A stretch of DNA of 64,000 nucleotides, taken from positions 19,029-83,028 of the forward strand of contig JBHGUX010000031.1 of the NCBI GenBank assembly GCA_048976605.1, written 5' to 3'. Below are positions 1 to 9,621 of this stretch, piece after piece. The translations under genes and the position numbers were made by a program. A model generated the notes under the pieces. It did no database searches and was not told the origin of the DNA. It saw only the letters and a list, made by a program, of their open reading frames with translations. Position 1 is the stretch's first letter. Each line of letters begins with the position of its first letter. Source of the DNA: Candidatus Pristimantibacillus sp. GTDB lineage: Bacteria; Bacillota; Bacilli; Paenibacillales; Paenibacillaceae.

Positions 1-66
1 TGCGGTTGGTTCTTCAATGTTCTCCAACCGTAAATCTTTCAATCCATGCCATCTTAATGCTTTCAT
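1..66 (-). CDS. 5' end (partial) of a Zn-dependent medium-chain dehydrogenase, 2,3-butanediol dehydrogenase-like
   Basis: Manual translation MKALRWHGLKDLRLENIEEPTA from ATG at 66, GGGAGA RBS 8 nt upstream; resembles the BdhA N-terminus; runs off the window. Confidence 0.7.
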   Translation of the reverse strand, partial: MKALRWHGLKDLRLENIEEPTA

Positions 67-137
67 AGGTGTCATCTCCCAAGTCATGTTGAATTACGAA
101 AAAAACTGTTGTAATTACGGAAATTTAATAAGTATTT

Positions 138-151
138 CGGAAACGTTTCCG
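138..151. promoter_or_regulatory. LacI-family operator
   Basis: Perfect palindrome CGGAAACGTTTCCG between the divergent dehydrogenase and LacI regulator genes; matches the LacI-family GxAAxCGxTTxC pattern. Confidence 0.65.
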
Positions 152-246
152 TCAACTACTATGTCACAGCATGGACACATTGTCAACATAGTTACGTATT
201 TCACATGTTGATATTCATCAAATGATTCGGCTATGTTATAATTAGA

Positions 247-1332
247 TTGTTTTTAATGCATAATATTGTGGAAACAATTTCAAAGTGGCGGGAAGTGCGC
301 GGATTGGGAAATGATAAAATAACGATTGAAGATGTTGCCACACGAGCGGGTGTTGGTATTGCAACGGTCTCAAGAGCTATTAATAATATGGATGGTATTA
401 GCCCGAAGACCAAGGCGAGAGTCTTGCAAGCTGTAGAAGAGCTTGGATTTATTCCAAATTCCTTCGCCCAGAATCTGAAGGTTCGTCAAACGAAACAGAT
501 TGCACTCGCTGTTCCTGATATACGAAATGCTTTTGTACCGGAAATTTCCTATGCCGTCGAACAGGCTGCCAAACATTATGGATATCGTGTCGTTCAGATC
601 AATACTTTAGGCAATTCCAGATCAGAGCTGGAACTTCTACGAGATATTAAGAAACTACATGTGGATGGACTTATTATATTGCCGCTTGCTTACCCAAAAA
701 CGTTAAAAGACCTTATTAATAAAGCTAGTCTTCCCATATCCATCATCAATTACGGTAAAAAATTAGATAAAGATGTTAAGGCTGATATTGTTAGTCTCTC
801 GACACAAGAGGGCAAGCTAGTTATGGAGCATTTATTGGGCATCGGAAGAACTCGAATTGGTTATGCTGGAGCGCCAAAAGAAATCATCGAAGAGAGATTT
901 TTCGCTTATGAGGATGCATTGGATCATATGGATCGTTCATTGATCTATTTCGGAGATGATTTTTCATTGCAGACAGGGGCAAGAGCGGCTGATTACTTTG
1001 TTAATCTGACACATATGCCAGATGGTATCTATGCTGGGAATGATATGGTTGCAATAGGGCTGCTCAATCGTTTCAAAGAACTTGGCATACGTGTACCAGA
1101 AGATATCGCCGTTGTAGGGATAGATAATAATTTGCTATGTACAATTACAACACCGAGAATCAGCTCTGTTTCCATTATGGGCGCAGAAGTGGCGAAGGTG
1201 GCAACGGAATTGCTGCTGCAACGAATTCATGAGCAGAAAAAAGGACTTTATGAAAGAGTTCAGTTCGAGCCAAGACTTATCGTTAGAGAATCAAGCTTAG
1301 CGCGTACCCAAATCACTCAACAACTAGATTAG
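247..1332 (+). CDS. LacI-family transcriptional regulator (true start probably TTG near 304)
   Basis: N-terminal TIEDVATRAGVGIATVSRAIN HTH; C-terminal periplasmic-binding-like domain with VPEDIAVVGIDN. Confidence 0.93.
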   Translation: MFLMHNIVETISKWREVRGLGNDKITIEDVATRAGVGIATVSRAINNMDGISPKTKARVLQAVEELGFIPNSFAQNLKVRQTKQIALAVPDIRNAFVPEISYAVEQAAKHYGYRVVQINTLGNSRSELELLRDIKKLHVDGLIILPLAYPKTLKDLINKASLPISIINYGKKLDKDVKADIVSLSTQEGKLVMEHLLGIGRTRIGYAGAPKEIIEERFFAYEDALDHMDRSLIYFGDDFSLQTGARAADYFVNLTHMPDGIYAGNDMVAIGLLNRFKELGIRVPEDIAVVGIDNNLLCTITTPRISSVSIMGAEVAKVATELLLQRIHEQKKGLYERVQFEPRLIVRESSLARTQITQQLD

Positions 1333-1356
1333 GCGAGATGAAGGATGGATTAAAGA

Positions 1357-1509
1357 ATGGAACTCTTTTTAGCCATATTGGCATTCGTATCGCTAATCGC
1401 GGTGTCGCATATTATCAATCGAGTTGCTCCATTCATACCGGTGCCGATTAGAGGAGCAAATCGGGTAGATGCTGTTACGCATTTATTGTTGACGTATGGA
1501 GATAGATAA
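1357..1509 (+). pseudogene. Truncated Na+/H+ antiporter (NhaK/YvgP-like) N-terminus
   Basis: MELFLAILAFVSLIAVSHIINRVAPFIPVP resembles the first TM helix of CPA1 NhaK-type antiporters, then diverges and stops at 50 aa. Confidence 0.6.
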
Positions 1510-1552
1510 GGCAGGAGGGGCTGCTAAAAAAATTACTCAAGAAATTTACTTA

Positions 1553-1754
1553 AGGAATCGGGTTCGCTAAATAGCGAATCCGATTTCTTTGTTTCGGCGT
1601 AAAAGGATATTTGTCTGCGCAATAGCGAAGTGAATTTCTTTAGTGGGGAAACTAGGTTCGCCAACAAGGAAGTGAGATACATTAAACTTGTCATACTCAC
1701 TCGATATTGTGATAAACAGTGAATTTGGTTTCGCTAAATAGCGAAACGGTTACC
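1553..1754. repeat. ~200-bp hairpin-rich direct repeat, copy 1
   Basis: Aligns with 2186-2386; contains TTCGC-TAAATA-GCGAA hairpins at both ends. Confidence 0.9.
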
Positions 1755-1770
1755 GTAAAGAGCAGGCTAG

Positions 1771-2170
1771 TTAAGGGAAGTGTCGGAGTGCATGATTCGT
1801 TATTGAGTAACTAATGCTGTGTCGCTCTACTGTAGTTGCTACAGAGGATGTGAAGGAGGGCGTTGATTAGTTGAGGGAAGAGTTGGAGTGCATGATTCGT
1901 TATTGAGTAACTAATGCTGTGTAGCTCTACTGTAGTTGCTACAGAAGATGTGAAGGAGGGCGCTGATTAGTTGAGGGAAGAGTTGGAGTGCGTAATGTGT
2001 TGTTGAGTAACCTTTGCGGTGTCGGTGTTTATTGTAGTTGCTAAAGAAGATGTGAATGAAGGCGTTGATTAGTTGAGGGAAGTGTTGGAGTGCGTAATGT
2101 GTTGTTGAGTAACCATTGCGGTGTCGGACTTATTACTGTTATAGATGTGGAGGGCAGGGCTGGTTAAAGG
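1771..2170. repeat. Tandem array of ~4 units with 100/100/102-bp period
   Basis: Unit starts TT(A/G)AGGGAAG at 1771, 1871, 1971 and 2073; units 1-2 nearly identical, units 3-4 form a second subtype. Confidence 0.9.
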
Positions 2171-2185
2171 TACATTTACTGAATT

Positions 2186-2386
2186 AGGAATCGGGTTCGC
2201 TAAATAGCGAATCCGATTTCCTTGTTTCGGTGTAAAAGGAGATCCGTCTGCGCAATAACGAAGTGAATTTCCTTAGTGGGGAAACTAGGTTCGCCACTAA
2301 GGAAATGATATACATAAAGCACTCCGAATCGCTCGAAAGTGGGTTGGACAACGAATATCACTTCGCTAAATAGCGAAACGGTTACC
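2186..2386. repeat. ~200-bp hairpin-rich direct repeat, copy 2
   Basis: Aligns with 1553-1754 (AGGAATCGGGTTCGCTAAATAGCGAATCCGATTTC ... GCGAAACGGTTACC). Confidence 0.9.
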
Positions 2387-2446
2387 ATGAGGAGTAGGTT
2401 TGACCAGCAAGCTGTAAATAAACGGAAAAACACAGACAAACGGAAT

Positions 2447-2619
2447 AAGGCAAAACAACAAGGCAAACCAAATAAGGCAAATTAACAAAGGCAAACCAAA
2501 TAGGGCAAATCAACAAAGGCAAACCAAATAGGGCAAATCAACAAAGGCAAACCAAACAAGGCAAACCAAACAAGGCAAACCAAACAAGGCAAACCAAACC
2601 AAATCAAACCAAACAAGAA
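2447..2619. repeat. Low-complexity 14-15-bp tandem repeats (GGCAAACCAAACAA variants)
   Basis: About 11 imperfect units visible directly. Confidence 0.9.
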
Positions 2620-2661
2620 AAACAAATAACCTCCCCAAAAAAACGGGGAGGTTATTTGTTT
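2620..2661 (-). terminator. Intrinsic terminator downstream of greA
   Basis: AAACAAATAACCTCCCC / GGGGAGGTTATTTGTTT inverted repeat. Confidence 0.8.
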
Positions 2662-2693
2662 TATAAACATGCAGTCAGATCATTCAAATTCAA

Positions 2694-3167
2694 CTAAGTT
2701 GCTTTGATCTCGAGCAATTCATATTTAATGACGCCCATAGGAGCAGCCACACTAATAATATCACCTGATTTTTTGTTCATCAGAGCGCTTCCCAATGGAC
2801 TTTCGTACGATATTTTATTATCGAGTACATCTGCTTCAGCAGGACCAACAATTCTATACTCAATTTTCTCTGAGACCTCGATGTCGTTCAATACAACGAG
2901 AGATCCAACGGCTACTTTTGTGTTGTCAGCACTCTCGGCAACACGAGCGTTCTTCAACAATTTTTCAATGGTAGCGATTCTGGTTTCCATGAATGCTTGA
3001 TCGTCTTTGGCGGAATGATACTCGCTGTTTTCCTTAAGATCGCCGTAGCTGATTGCTACCTTCAGACGATGTGCTAGCTCAGAACGTTTAACGGTCTTAA
3101 GCTCCTCCAATTCAACTTCAAGCTTAGCCAATCCCTCACGGGTTAGTATGATTTCATTTTGAGACAC
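2694..3167 (-). CDS. greA: Transcription elongation factor GreA
   Basis: GDLKENSEYHSAK motif and C-terminal ISYESPLGSALM. Confidence 0.97.
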   Translation of the reverse strand: MSQNEIILTREGLAKLEVELEELKTVKRSELAHRLKVAISYGDLKENSEYHSAKDDQAFMETRIATIEKLLKNARVAESADNTKVAVGSLVVLNDIEVSEKIEYRIVGPAEADVLDNKISYESPLGSALMNKKSGDIISVAAPMGVIKYELLEIKAT

Positions 3168-3532
3168 AAATACAACTCCTACTTCATTGAATAATTTATT
3201 TGGTCATTCTGTGATCAATTCTACACTATATTCCGTCCTTATGCGAAAATGTCTTGGCAATCGTATGAACTTTATAAAAATAATTTGAAAATGGCCTATC
3301 ATTTTTTCTAATAGATATCATCATTATTTATAATGAAATTGCAATAATCAGGGCGAAATACCCTGATTTCTTGGTTTTTTTAAGGATTATGTATATTTAT
3401 GTATATAGATGTATGAAAAGGGCGAAAAACGGTCATTGATCGTTTCCTTATATTGTGTTAGTTTGGTAGCGATAAAGATAAAATTCAGGGTAATTCAATA
3501 GGTAATGATCTTATGTTTATGAGAGGTGGATT

Positions 3533-5398
3533 TTGTTGCAACTTCAAGTAACGAACAGTCCTTTTAATCAGGAGCAAGTTGAACTTTTGAATCGTCTTCT
3601 ACCGTCGTTGACAGAGACACAGCAAATTTGGATTAGCGGATATTTATCCGCACTCAGCAGGTCAGCTTTAACAGGTGCGGAGCAGCACGCTGCTGCTACA
3701 GCAGAACTAGGAACCGTGGCTACTCTTTCTTCAGTAGTTAGTCAACCAGTCGGGTCACGTGAAGTTACCATTCTCTTTGGTTCTCAGACCGGCAACTGCC
3801 AGAGACTAGCGGGCAAATTGTCCCGTAAACTAGAAGAGCAAGGCTATCAAGTTTCACTTGCAGCAATGAATACCTTTAAGCCAAATGGCTTGAAGAAGGT
3901 TGAGAATTTGCTTATTCTGGCAAGTACTCACGGTGAAGGAGATCCACCAGACAATGCGATATCATTCCATGAGTTTATTTATAGCAAAAGAGCTCCTCAG
4001 CTTGAGAGCCTATGGTACTCCGTGCTTTCGCTGGGTGACACCTCTTATGAGTTTTTCTGTAAAACAGGTAAGGATTTCGATCAACGTCTAGAGGAGCTTG
4101 GCGGTCAACGTCTTAGCCCGCGTGTCGATTGTGATCTGGATTATGATGAGCCAGCTGCTGAATGGTTTGACAATGTTATCAGCGCCCTCAATCAGCGATT
4201 GAATGCTTCTGCAACCGCAGCTACAGTGTCTGTGAGTGCGACGGGCAGCGGGACAATGGCCGAACAATCTATATATTCCCGTACCAATCCATTCAAGGCG
4301 GAAGTACTTGCGAATATTAATCTGAACGGACGCGGCTCTGACCGTGAAACCAGACATCTAGAGTTGTCTCTTGAGGGTTCTAACCTGCAATATGAGCCAG
4401 GTGATTGCTTGGGTATTTGCCCGGAGAATCATCCTGAATTGGTGAACAGCCTAATTGAAGCGATGGGTTGGAAGGCTGACGAATTGGTACCAATTAATAA
4501 AAAGGGCGAAGAGCGTACTTTGCTTGAGGCACTCTCGCAGCATTATGAAATAACGGTACTAACGAAGCCTTTAGTGGAGCAAATCGCCCAAATAACTTCA
4601 AGTGCTAAACTTCGTGAGTTGTTGTCAACAGGTCATGAACAAGAGCTTAAGAGTTATATCGCGGGACGGGATCTGTTGGATCTTGTTCAAGAGCTTTCAC
4701 CATGGCAAATCTCAGCACGCGACTTTGTCGCTATTCTAAGAAAATTGCCTGCACGTCTGTATTCTATTGCGAGCAGCTTTAAGGCTAATCCAGATGAAGT
4801 ACATTTGACAATCAGAGCAGTTCGCTACGAGTCACATGGACGTGATCGGTACGGAGTTTGTTCGGTACAATGTGCAGAGCGATTGCAGCCAGGTGACACT
4901 TTGCCGATCTATATCCAGCATAATCCTAATTTCAAGCTTCCTGTGGTTTCGGATACGCCAGTTATTATGATTGGTCCTGGAACAGGAGTTGCTCCATTCC
5001 GAGCATTTCTGGAGGAACGTGAAGAGCTTGGTGCGGAAGGTAAAACATGGCTGTTCTACGGTGATCGTCATTTTGTAACCGACTTCCTCTATCAGACGGA
5101 TTGGCAGCGGATGCTTAAAGATGGAGCATTAACTCGTCTTGATGTCGCATTCTCTCGTGATACAGAAGAAAAGGTGTACGTACAAAACCGTTTGATTGAG
5201 AAGAGTCGTGAAATCTTCCAGTGGCTGCAAGAAGGAGCTCATGTCTATATTTGCGGAGATGAGAAGCATATGGCACATGATGTTCATGCGGCACTAATCA
5301 GCATCCTCGAAAGTGAAGGTAAAATGAGTCACGAAGAGGCAACGGCTTATCTAGCCGAAATGCAGCAACAACAGCGATATCAAAGAGATGTTTATTAA
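3533..5398 (+). CDS. cysJ: Sulfite reductase (NADPH) flavoprotein alpha subunit
   Basis: Flavodoxin FGSQTGN, RLYSIASS FAD motif, GPGTGVAPF, VYICGD, terminal RYQRDVY. Confidence 0.97.
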   Translation: MLQLQVTNSPFNQEQVELLNRLLPSLTETQQIWISGYLSALSRSALTGAEQHAAATAELGTVATLSSVVSQPVGSREVTILFGSQTGNCQRLAGKLSRKLEEQGYQVSLAAMNTFKPNGLKKVENLLILASTHGEGDPPDNAISFHEFIYSKRAPQLESLWYSVLSLGDTSYEFFCKTGKDFDQRLEELGGQRLSPRVDCDLDYDEPAAEWFDNVISALNQRLNASATAATVSVSATGSGTMAEQSIYSRTNPFKAEVLANINLNGRGSDRETRHLELSLEGSNLQYEPGDCLGICPENHPELVNSLIEAMGWKADELVPINKKGEERTLLEALSQHYEITVLTKPLVEQIAQITSSAKLRELLSTGHEQELKSYIAGRDLLDLVQELSPWQISARDFVAILRKLPARLYSIASSFKANPDEVHLTIRAVRYESHGRDRYGVCSVQCAERLQPGDTLPIYIQHNPNFKLPVVSDTPVIMIGPGTGVAPFRAFLEEREELGAEGKTWLFYGDRHFVTDFLYQTDWQRMLKDGALTRLDVAFSRDTEEKVYVQNRLIEKSREIFQWLQEGAHVYICGDEKHMAHDVHAALISILESEGKMSHEEATAYLAEMQQQQRYQRDVY

Positions 5399-5443
5399 TA
5401 TAGATGAAGTCAGACTGATTGAAAGCGAGAGGAGACTGCAATA

Positions 5444-7165
5444 ATGGCGAATGATCAAGCAGTGAAGCCTATAGGCGGACCGCCTAGCGATGTTGAGCAT
5501 ATAAAAAGCGAAAGCAATTACTTGCGTGGAGCACTAGTCGAAACGCTGAAAAATCCGGTTACCGGCGGCTTGCCAGATGACGACAACCGTTTGTTGAAGT
5601 TCCACGGGAGCTATATGCAGGATGATCGGGATTTGCGCAATGAGCGTGAACGGCAGAAGCTAGAGCCTGCTTATCAGTTCATGCTTCGCGTTGTATCGGC
5701 TGGAGGTGTTGCAACACCTGAGCAATGGTTGACGATGGATGGATTGGCACGGAAGTATGGCAATCATACGATGCGTGTTACCACTCGCCAAGCTTTTCAA
5801 ATACACGGCATTCTGAAGTGGAACTTAAAAAGCACGATTAAAGAGATTAACGACACGATGTTGACTACACTCGCGGCTTGCGGTGATGTTAACCGTAATG
5901 TCATGTGTAATCCGAATCCCTATCAATCTGAAATTCATGGTGAAGCTTATGAGTGGGCTAGACGTGTAAGTGATCATCTAGCGCCAAGGACAGCTGCGTA
6001 TCATGAAATATGGCTGGATGGCGAAAAGGTTGTAGATGGCCTGGAAGGTCAAGAGGTTGAACCGATTTACGGTCCTGTCTACTTGCCGCGTAAGTTCAAA
6101 ATCGGGATGGCAGTTCCACCGTCCAATGATGTAGATGTCTATTCTCAGGATCTAGGTTTCATTGCTATCGTTGAGAACGATAAGCTTGTAGGATTTAATA
6201 TTACAGTAGGCGGCGGAATGGGTATGACCCATGGTGATACGGCTACTTACCCTCAACTAGGACGGGTAATCGGTTTCTGTACACCAGAGAAAATCATCGA
6301 TGTGGCAGAGAAGACCGTAACTATCCAACGTGATTATGGCAATCGTTCTGTTCGTAAAAACGCTCGATTCAAATATACGATTGACCGTCATGGCATTGAA
6401 TGGTTCATTAGTGAACTTCATGAGCGATTGGGCTGGGAGCTTGAGACAGCACGCTCGTATCATTTTGATCATAATGGCGATCGTTATGGTTGGGTGAAGG
6501 GCAGTAATGGCAAATGGAATTATACATTGTTCATTCAGAGTGGAAGAATTCATGATGATGGCGACTATCAGCTGATGACTGGGTTGCGAGAAATTGCGAA
6601 GATTCACACGGGTGACTTCAGACTATCGCCGAACCAGAATCTTGTCATTGCCAATGTGACTACCCAGAAGAAGCGTAAAATAGTGGATATGATTGAGCAA
6701 TATGGACTTTCTGATGGCGCTCATCATTCTGCATTGCGCAGAAGCTCGATGTCTTGCGTGGCGTTACCGACTTGTGGTCTGGCTATGGCGGAAGCAGAGC
6801 GTTACATGCCGACTCTGTTAGATAAACTGGAACTGATAATGGATGAAGCTGGATTGCGCAATGATTCCATCGTTATTCGCATGACTGGCTGTCCTAATGG
6901 CTGTGCGCGTCCAGCTTTGGGTGAGATCTCGTTCATTGGTAAATCACCAGGCAAATACAATATGTACATGGGCGCAAGCTTTGTAGGTGATCGTCTGAAT
7001 AAGATCTATAAAGAAAGTATTGATGAGAAAGAAATCTTGGAGACGCTGGAGCCTATTCTTCACAGATATGCAAAAGAGCGGGAGAAAGACGAGCATTTCG
7101 GAGATTTTGTTATCCGTACAGGTTATGTTAAAGCGACGACTTCAGGACTTAATTTCCATGATTAG
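5444..7165 (+). CDS. cysI: Sulfite reductase hemoprotein beta subunit
   Basis: [17 protein letters not shown] and [10 protein letters not shown] siroheme/4Fe-4S motifs; directly after cysJ. Confidence 0.97.
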   Translation: MANDQAVKPIGGPPSDVEHIKSESNYLRGALVETLKNPVTGGLPDDDNRLLKFHGSYMQDDRDLRNERERQKLEPAYQFMLRVVSAGGVATPEQWLTMDGLARKYGNHTMRVTTRQAFQIHGILKWNLKSTIKEINDTMLTTLAACGDVNRNVMCNPNPYQSEIHGEAYEWARRVSDHLAPRTAAYHEIWLDGEKVVDGLEGQEVEPIYGPVYLPRKFKIGMAVPPSNDVDVYSQDLGFIAIVENDKLVGFNITVGGGMGMTHGDTATYPQLGRVIGFCTPEKIIDVAEKTVTIQRDYGNRSVRKNARFKYTIDRHGIEWFISELHERLGWELETARSYHFDHNGDRYGWVKGSNGKWNYTLFIQSGRIHDDGDYQLMTGLREIAKIHTGDFRLSPNQNLVIANVTTQKKRKIVDMIEQYGLSDGAHHSALRRSSMSCVALPTCGLAMAEAERYMPTLLDKLELIMDEAGLRNDSIVIRMTGCPNGCARPALGEISFIGKSPGKYNMYMGASFVGDRLNKIYKESIDEKEILETLEPILHRYAKEREKDEHFGDFVIRTGYVKATTSGLNFHD

Positions 7166-7179
7166 TCACATATAATAGA

Positions 7180-7209
7180 AGGGGATCAGAGCACATGCTC
7201 TGGTCCCCT
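7180..7209. terminator. Bidirectional terminator between cysI and the VOC gene
   Basis: AGGGGATCAGAGC / GCTCTGGTCCCCT hairpin between convergent genes. Confidence 0.75.
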
Positions 7210-7235
7210 TATTTATTCCTATAGTAGAGAATGAA

Positions 7236-7652
7236 TTAATTACTTTCGTAATTAAATTGCCATTCAATCCCGAATTTATCCCTTACACTGCCGTATAATT
7301 TACTCCAAAACGTTTCTTGAAGCTCCATAATTACGGTGCCGCCATCACTAAGCTTGTTATAGTAGCCTTTAATTTTTTCTAAATCTTTATTGACGATAGC
7401 TAGGCTGATATTATTCCCTTGATTAAAGGGCATTCCAGGAAACACATCAGAAAACATGACATTGCTTCCATCGATGTTAAGGCGAGTGTGCATGACTAGA
7501 TCCTTCGCTTCTTCTGGCAGAGGATAGTTGGGGTCAGAAGGTGTTTCTCCAAAAGTCATAATTTCTGGTTTGTCTGTCTCGAACACTTGAGCATAGAACT
7601 CAACTGCTTCACGAGTGTTACCATTAAAATTAAGATAAACATCAACAGCCAT
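7236..7652 (-). CDS. VOC/glyoxalase (PhnB-like) family protein
   Basis: YLNFNGNTREAVEFY...FWSKLYGSVRDKFGIEWQ; AAGGAG RBS favours ATG at 7652. Confidence 0.9.
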   Translation of the reverse strand: MAVDVYLNFNGNTREAVEFYAQVFETDKPEIMTFGETPSDPNYPLPEEAKDLVMHTRLNIDGSNVMFSDVFPGMPFNQGNNISLAIVNKDLEKIKGYYNKLSDGGTVIMELQETFWSKLYGSVRDKFGIEWQFNYESN

Positions 7653-7793
7653 TTGCGCCACTCCTTAGATTAACTAGGTAGTCATTCATTAATGAATGAC
7701 TAGAATATTGTACCATTTACTGCATTAGAATCAAATTCACTAAAGTCGCATTTTTGACCGTTGATTCTAGCTGCTTGTCCTCATAAATAATTA

Positions 7794-7829
7794 AATACAA
7801 CAATCCGACAAATGTCGGATTGTTGTATT
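7794..7829. terminator. 17-bp-stem hairpin, probable terminator of the DUF2935 gene
   Basis: AATACAACAATCCGACA-AA-TGTCGGATTGTTGTATT. Confidence 0.7.
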
Positions 7830-7853
7830 TTGCTATTGAATAAGTAGTCGTCC

Positions 7854-8654
7854 TTATGAAGACTTCACGTTTAATAAACTTTCCTCGAACATATCAATGA
7901 TGAATAAGAATCTCTCAGCCTCACGGAAGACATGATCTGCAAGTAAAGGGTGGATGATGCTTTTTATACGACAAGATTCAATTAGATCCTTCGCTGTTTT
8001 TTTGAAATCACGAAGAGATGCCACAGATACTCGATTTTGATCTAAAAATTGATCAAGAAGCGGAACGGTCTGGGATTGGGGACGCATGGAATCCAAGTCT
8101 TGAGCTTGGAACAAAAGCTGATCAAAGTCTTGACTGAAATTTCGAGCTTGATCTACTAATTGTCTTTCAGACGGGTCGAGTAGATGTCCAATGAATTTGG
8201 CGTGATCTGCCATAATGCGTAAGAAAAACACATTTTCGTTGATAATTGCATCAGGTAATGGGTCTAATCTTCCGCTATTAAGTTCCTCCAATCGATTTCT
8301 AAAATAATTGGCTTCCCTGCTAGTATGGTCGATTAATAAGGGGAAATTATTAGCCCCTGGCATCTGGCAGGTTAATACCAAACCTAATACTTTTCTTTTG
8401 AATGCCCAAATATAAGAAGCTGCACTGTGAACCTCTACATTAAAACGTCTAATCTGTTCAGGGTCTGTTCCGGTTGTAAACGTATGAGACTTTCTTTCAA
8501 TCTCATCAAATAAGGAATAAAATTGATTCGCTTCATTGATTAATTGTGTATCATCACATCTAAAGCCTAATTTAAGAAACAGCGAATGTTCCTTCATAAT
8601 GCGTGACCAAAAACGGATTTCATCTAACGAGCGGGTTACGAATGCATTCGACAG
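7854..8654 (-). CDS. DUF2935 family protein, probably initiating at a CTG codon (8654)
   Basis: Repeated FW/FF-x-RIMxxHxxF motifs; the frame extends 19 codons upstream of the track ATG (LSNAFVTRSLDEIRFWSRI), with a GGGGGTG RBS 8 nt before the CTG. Confidence 0.85.
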   Translation of the reverse strand: MSNAFVTRSLDEIRFWSRIMKEHSLFLKLGFRCDDTQLINEANQFYSLFDEIERKSHTFTTGTDPEQIRRFNVEVHSAASYIWAFKRKVLGLVLTCQMPGANNFPLLIDHTSREANYFRNRLEELNSGRLDPLPDAIINENVFFLRIMADHAKFIGHLLDPSERQLVDQARNFSQDFDQLLFQAQDLDSMRPQSQTVPLLDQFLDQNRVSVASLRDFKKTAKDLIESCRIKSIIHPLLADHVFREAERFLFIIDMFEESLLNVKSS

Positions 8655-8848
8655 TTTATTGTCACCCCCACAACTTGTAGTAAACAGTAATGAATATTCA
8701 GTTTCAGTAACAGGTATGCAAGGAAAATGGTGTTACTAGTCCAAATTCCATGTCGGTCATTGTCGTGATCATAGATATGGTCTATCATTGTAGGGGAGTC
8801 AGACAAACAATGTTGTTTGAATACTGATATGGTGTATGAGGGATATGA

Positions 8849-9340
8849 GTGGGGGGAGATACTTTGAGCAACCGAAGTGTTTCGAAATTGTTCGTAATTA
8901 TGATGGTTATTTGTGTATTGGTAGGATGTGCTAGCAAAGAGAAGCATGAAACAGTAGAAGTGTATTCGGTTGAATCGTTATCAGACTCTACTGATAGTGA
9001 AGGTATGTACACACCAATAGGGCATAAGCTTGTTAACGCGATCACTATTATAGAGGAATCTAAGAATGGTAAGAAGTGGGAGTTATTTGTTGTAGAGGAT
9101 CATTATGATCTTGACGGAGATTTTATGGAAAGTTCTATCGAATATGGACAAGGAAGTAAGGATTTTGTTACTGAACATATGACTTCTGATGGAGACAAGA
9201 TGAATAGTGATAAACCTCTAACCATATTAACCACTGAATTAATCGATAAGGACTTTAAAGCAAGAGATCTATCTGATTTAGAAAAGGAACAAGTTAAGAA
9301 GCATATCCTCAATTTAGTTGCCACTATTGAGAAAAAATAA
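8849..9340 (+). CDS. Hypothetical lipoprotein
   Basis: Hydrophobic stretch ending in lipobox-like LVGC; 163-aa ORF. Confidence 0.65.
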   Translation: MGGDTLSNRSVSKLFVIMMVICVLVGCASKEKHETVEVYSVESLSDSTDSEGMYTPIGHKLVNAITIIEESKNGKKWELFVVEDHYDLDGDFMESSIEYGQGSKDFVTEHMTSDGDKMNSDKPLTILTTELIDKDFKARDLSDLEKEQVKKHILNLVATIEKK

Positions 9341-9398
9341 TTAGAAGAGACGTTAATAAGTTAGCGTCTCTTCAGTGATTCCTCGTTCATGAAATCAG

Positions 9399-9593
9399 TT
9401 AATCCTCCCAAAACAAATCATTCAACGTTTTCGATAATGCTCTGCAAATTGCAACACAAAGACTTAGGCTGGGATTATATTTCCCTAATTCAATTAATCC
9501 AATTGTTTGTCTAGACACTCCGACAAGTTGAGCCAGCTCCTCTTGGGATAAGTCTTTCTCAACCCGGGCTAGTTTTAATCTTATATTTTTCAT
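9399..9593 (-). CDS. XRE/Cro-C1 HTH transcriptional regulator
   Basis: LSQEELAQLVGVSRQTIGLIELGKYNPSLSL. Confidence 0.93.
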   Translation of the reverse strand: MKNIRLKLARVEKDLSQEELAQLVGVSRQTIGLIELGKYNPSLSLCVAICRALSKTLNDLFWED

Positions 9594-9621
9594 TTACAAC
9601 CACCTTACTTAATACTGTCTC

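Noticed and set aside
1771-2170. 100-bp array as a CRISPR array
   Set aside because: Units are similar along their whole length, with no unique spacers, and there are no cas genes in the window
2200-2670. Track ORFs 2200-2466 and 2482-2670 (minus strand)
   Set aside because: They translate repeat and low-complexity DNA (GLPCLV-type repeats); no RBS or family motif
3180-3532. S-box or cysteine T-box leader upstream of cysJ
   Set aside because: No SAM-I core or T-box (GGTGGNACCGCG) motif visible
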